Of a stretch of 64,000 nt of DNA, positions 63,923 through 64,000 are shown one piece after another (within the stretch, counting starts at the first letter, position 1; every line of letters starts with the position of its first letter). This stretch comes from Octopus sinensis. Lineage: Eukaryota. The notes beneath the pieces were generated by a model, which saw nothing but the letters and a program-made list of their open reading frames with translations, searched no databases and was not told the origin of the DNA. The stretch covers positions 113,460,001 through 113,524,000 of the forward strand of contig NC_043003.1 in NCBI RefSeq assembly GCF_006345805.1, written 5' to 3'. Position numbers and translations under genes: made by a program.

Positions 63923-64000
63923 TTTATATATATATATATATACATATACAGGATGTGTAAGGTGTTTAAGGACATACCTGCTTTGGATCATTGTTGCATT

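Noticed and set aside
1-64000. CRISPR arrays, rRNA, operon-like or viral gene clusters, known conserved miRNAs
   Set aside because: None seen. Repeats are dispersed retroposons or simple repeats without a spacer structure; the miRNA check was by eye only and not exhaustive.

Overview
AT-rich, repeat-saturated eukaryotic non-coding DNA. The repeat landscape ((TA)n/(CA)n/(AAT)n microsatellites, tRNA-derived SINEs, RTE, CR1, R4-like, Penelope-like and Tc1/mariner relics) is what I associate with an octopus genome; this taxon call is inference from memory of the repeat families, not a search. No intact protein-coding gene is recognisable. Most ORFs in the track are translated microsatellites, and the informative ones are decayed transposon proteins. 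Weak signals suggest the window lies within a large minus-strand gene: a 39-nt exon candidate at 21162-21200, phase-compatible neighbours, a candidate recursive splice site at about 62070, SINE-free zones and strand-biased microsatellites. The most interesting observations are a degenerate minimal hammerhead-ribozyme fold at the apex of a long hairpin (31201-31303), SINE/LINE tail sharing visible within the window, (TAA)n-embedded R4-like relics and several near-perfect inverted repeats. SINE family labels A1, A2, B, C and D are my own working labels, and SINE boundaries are approximate.
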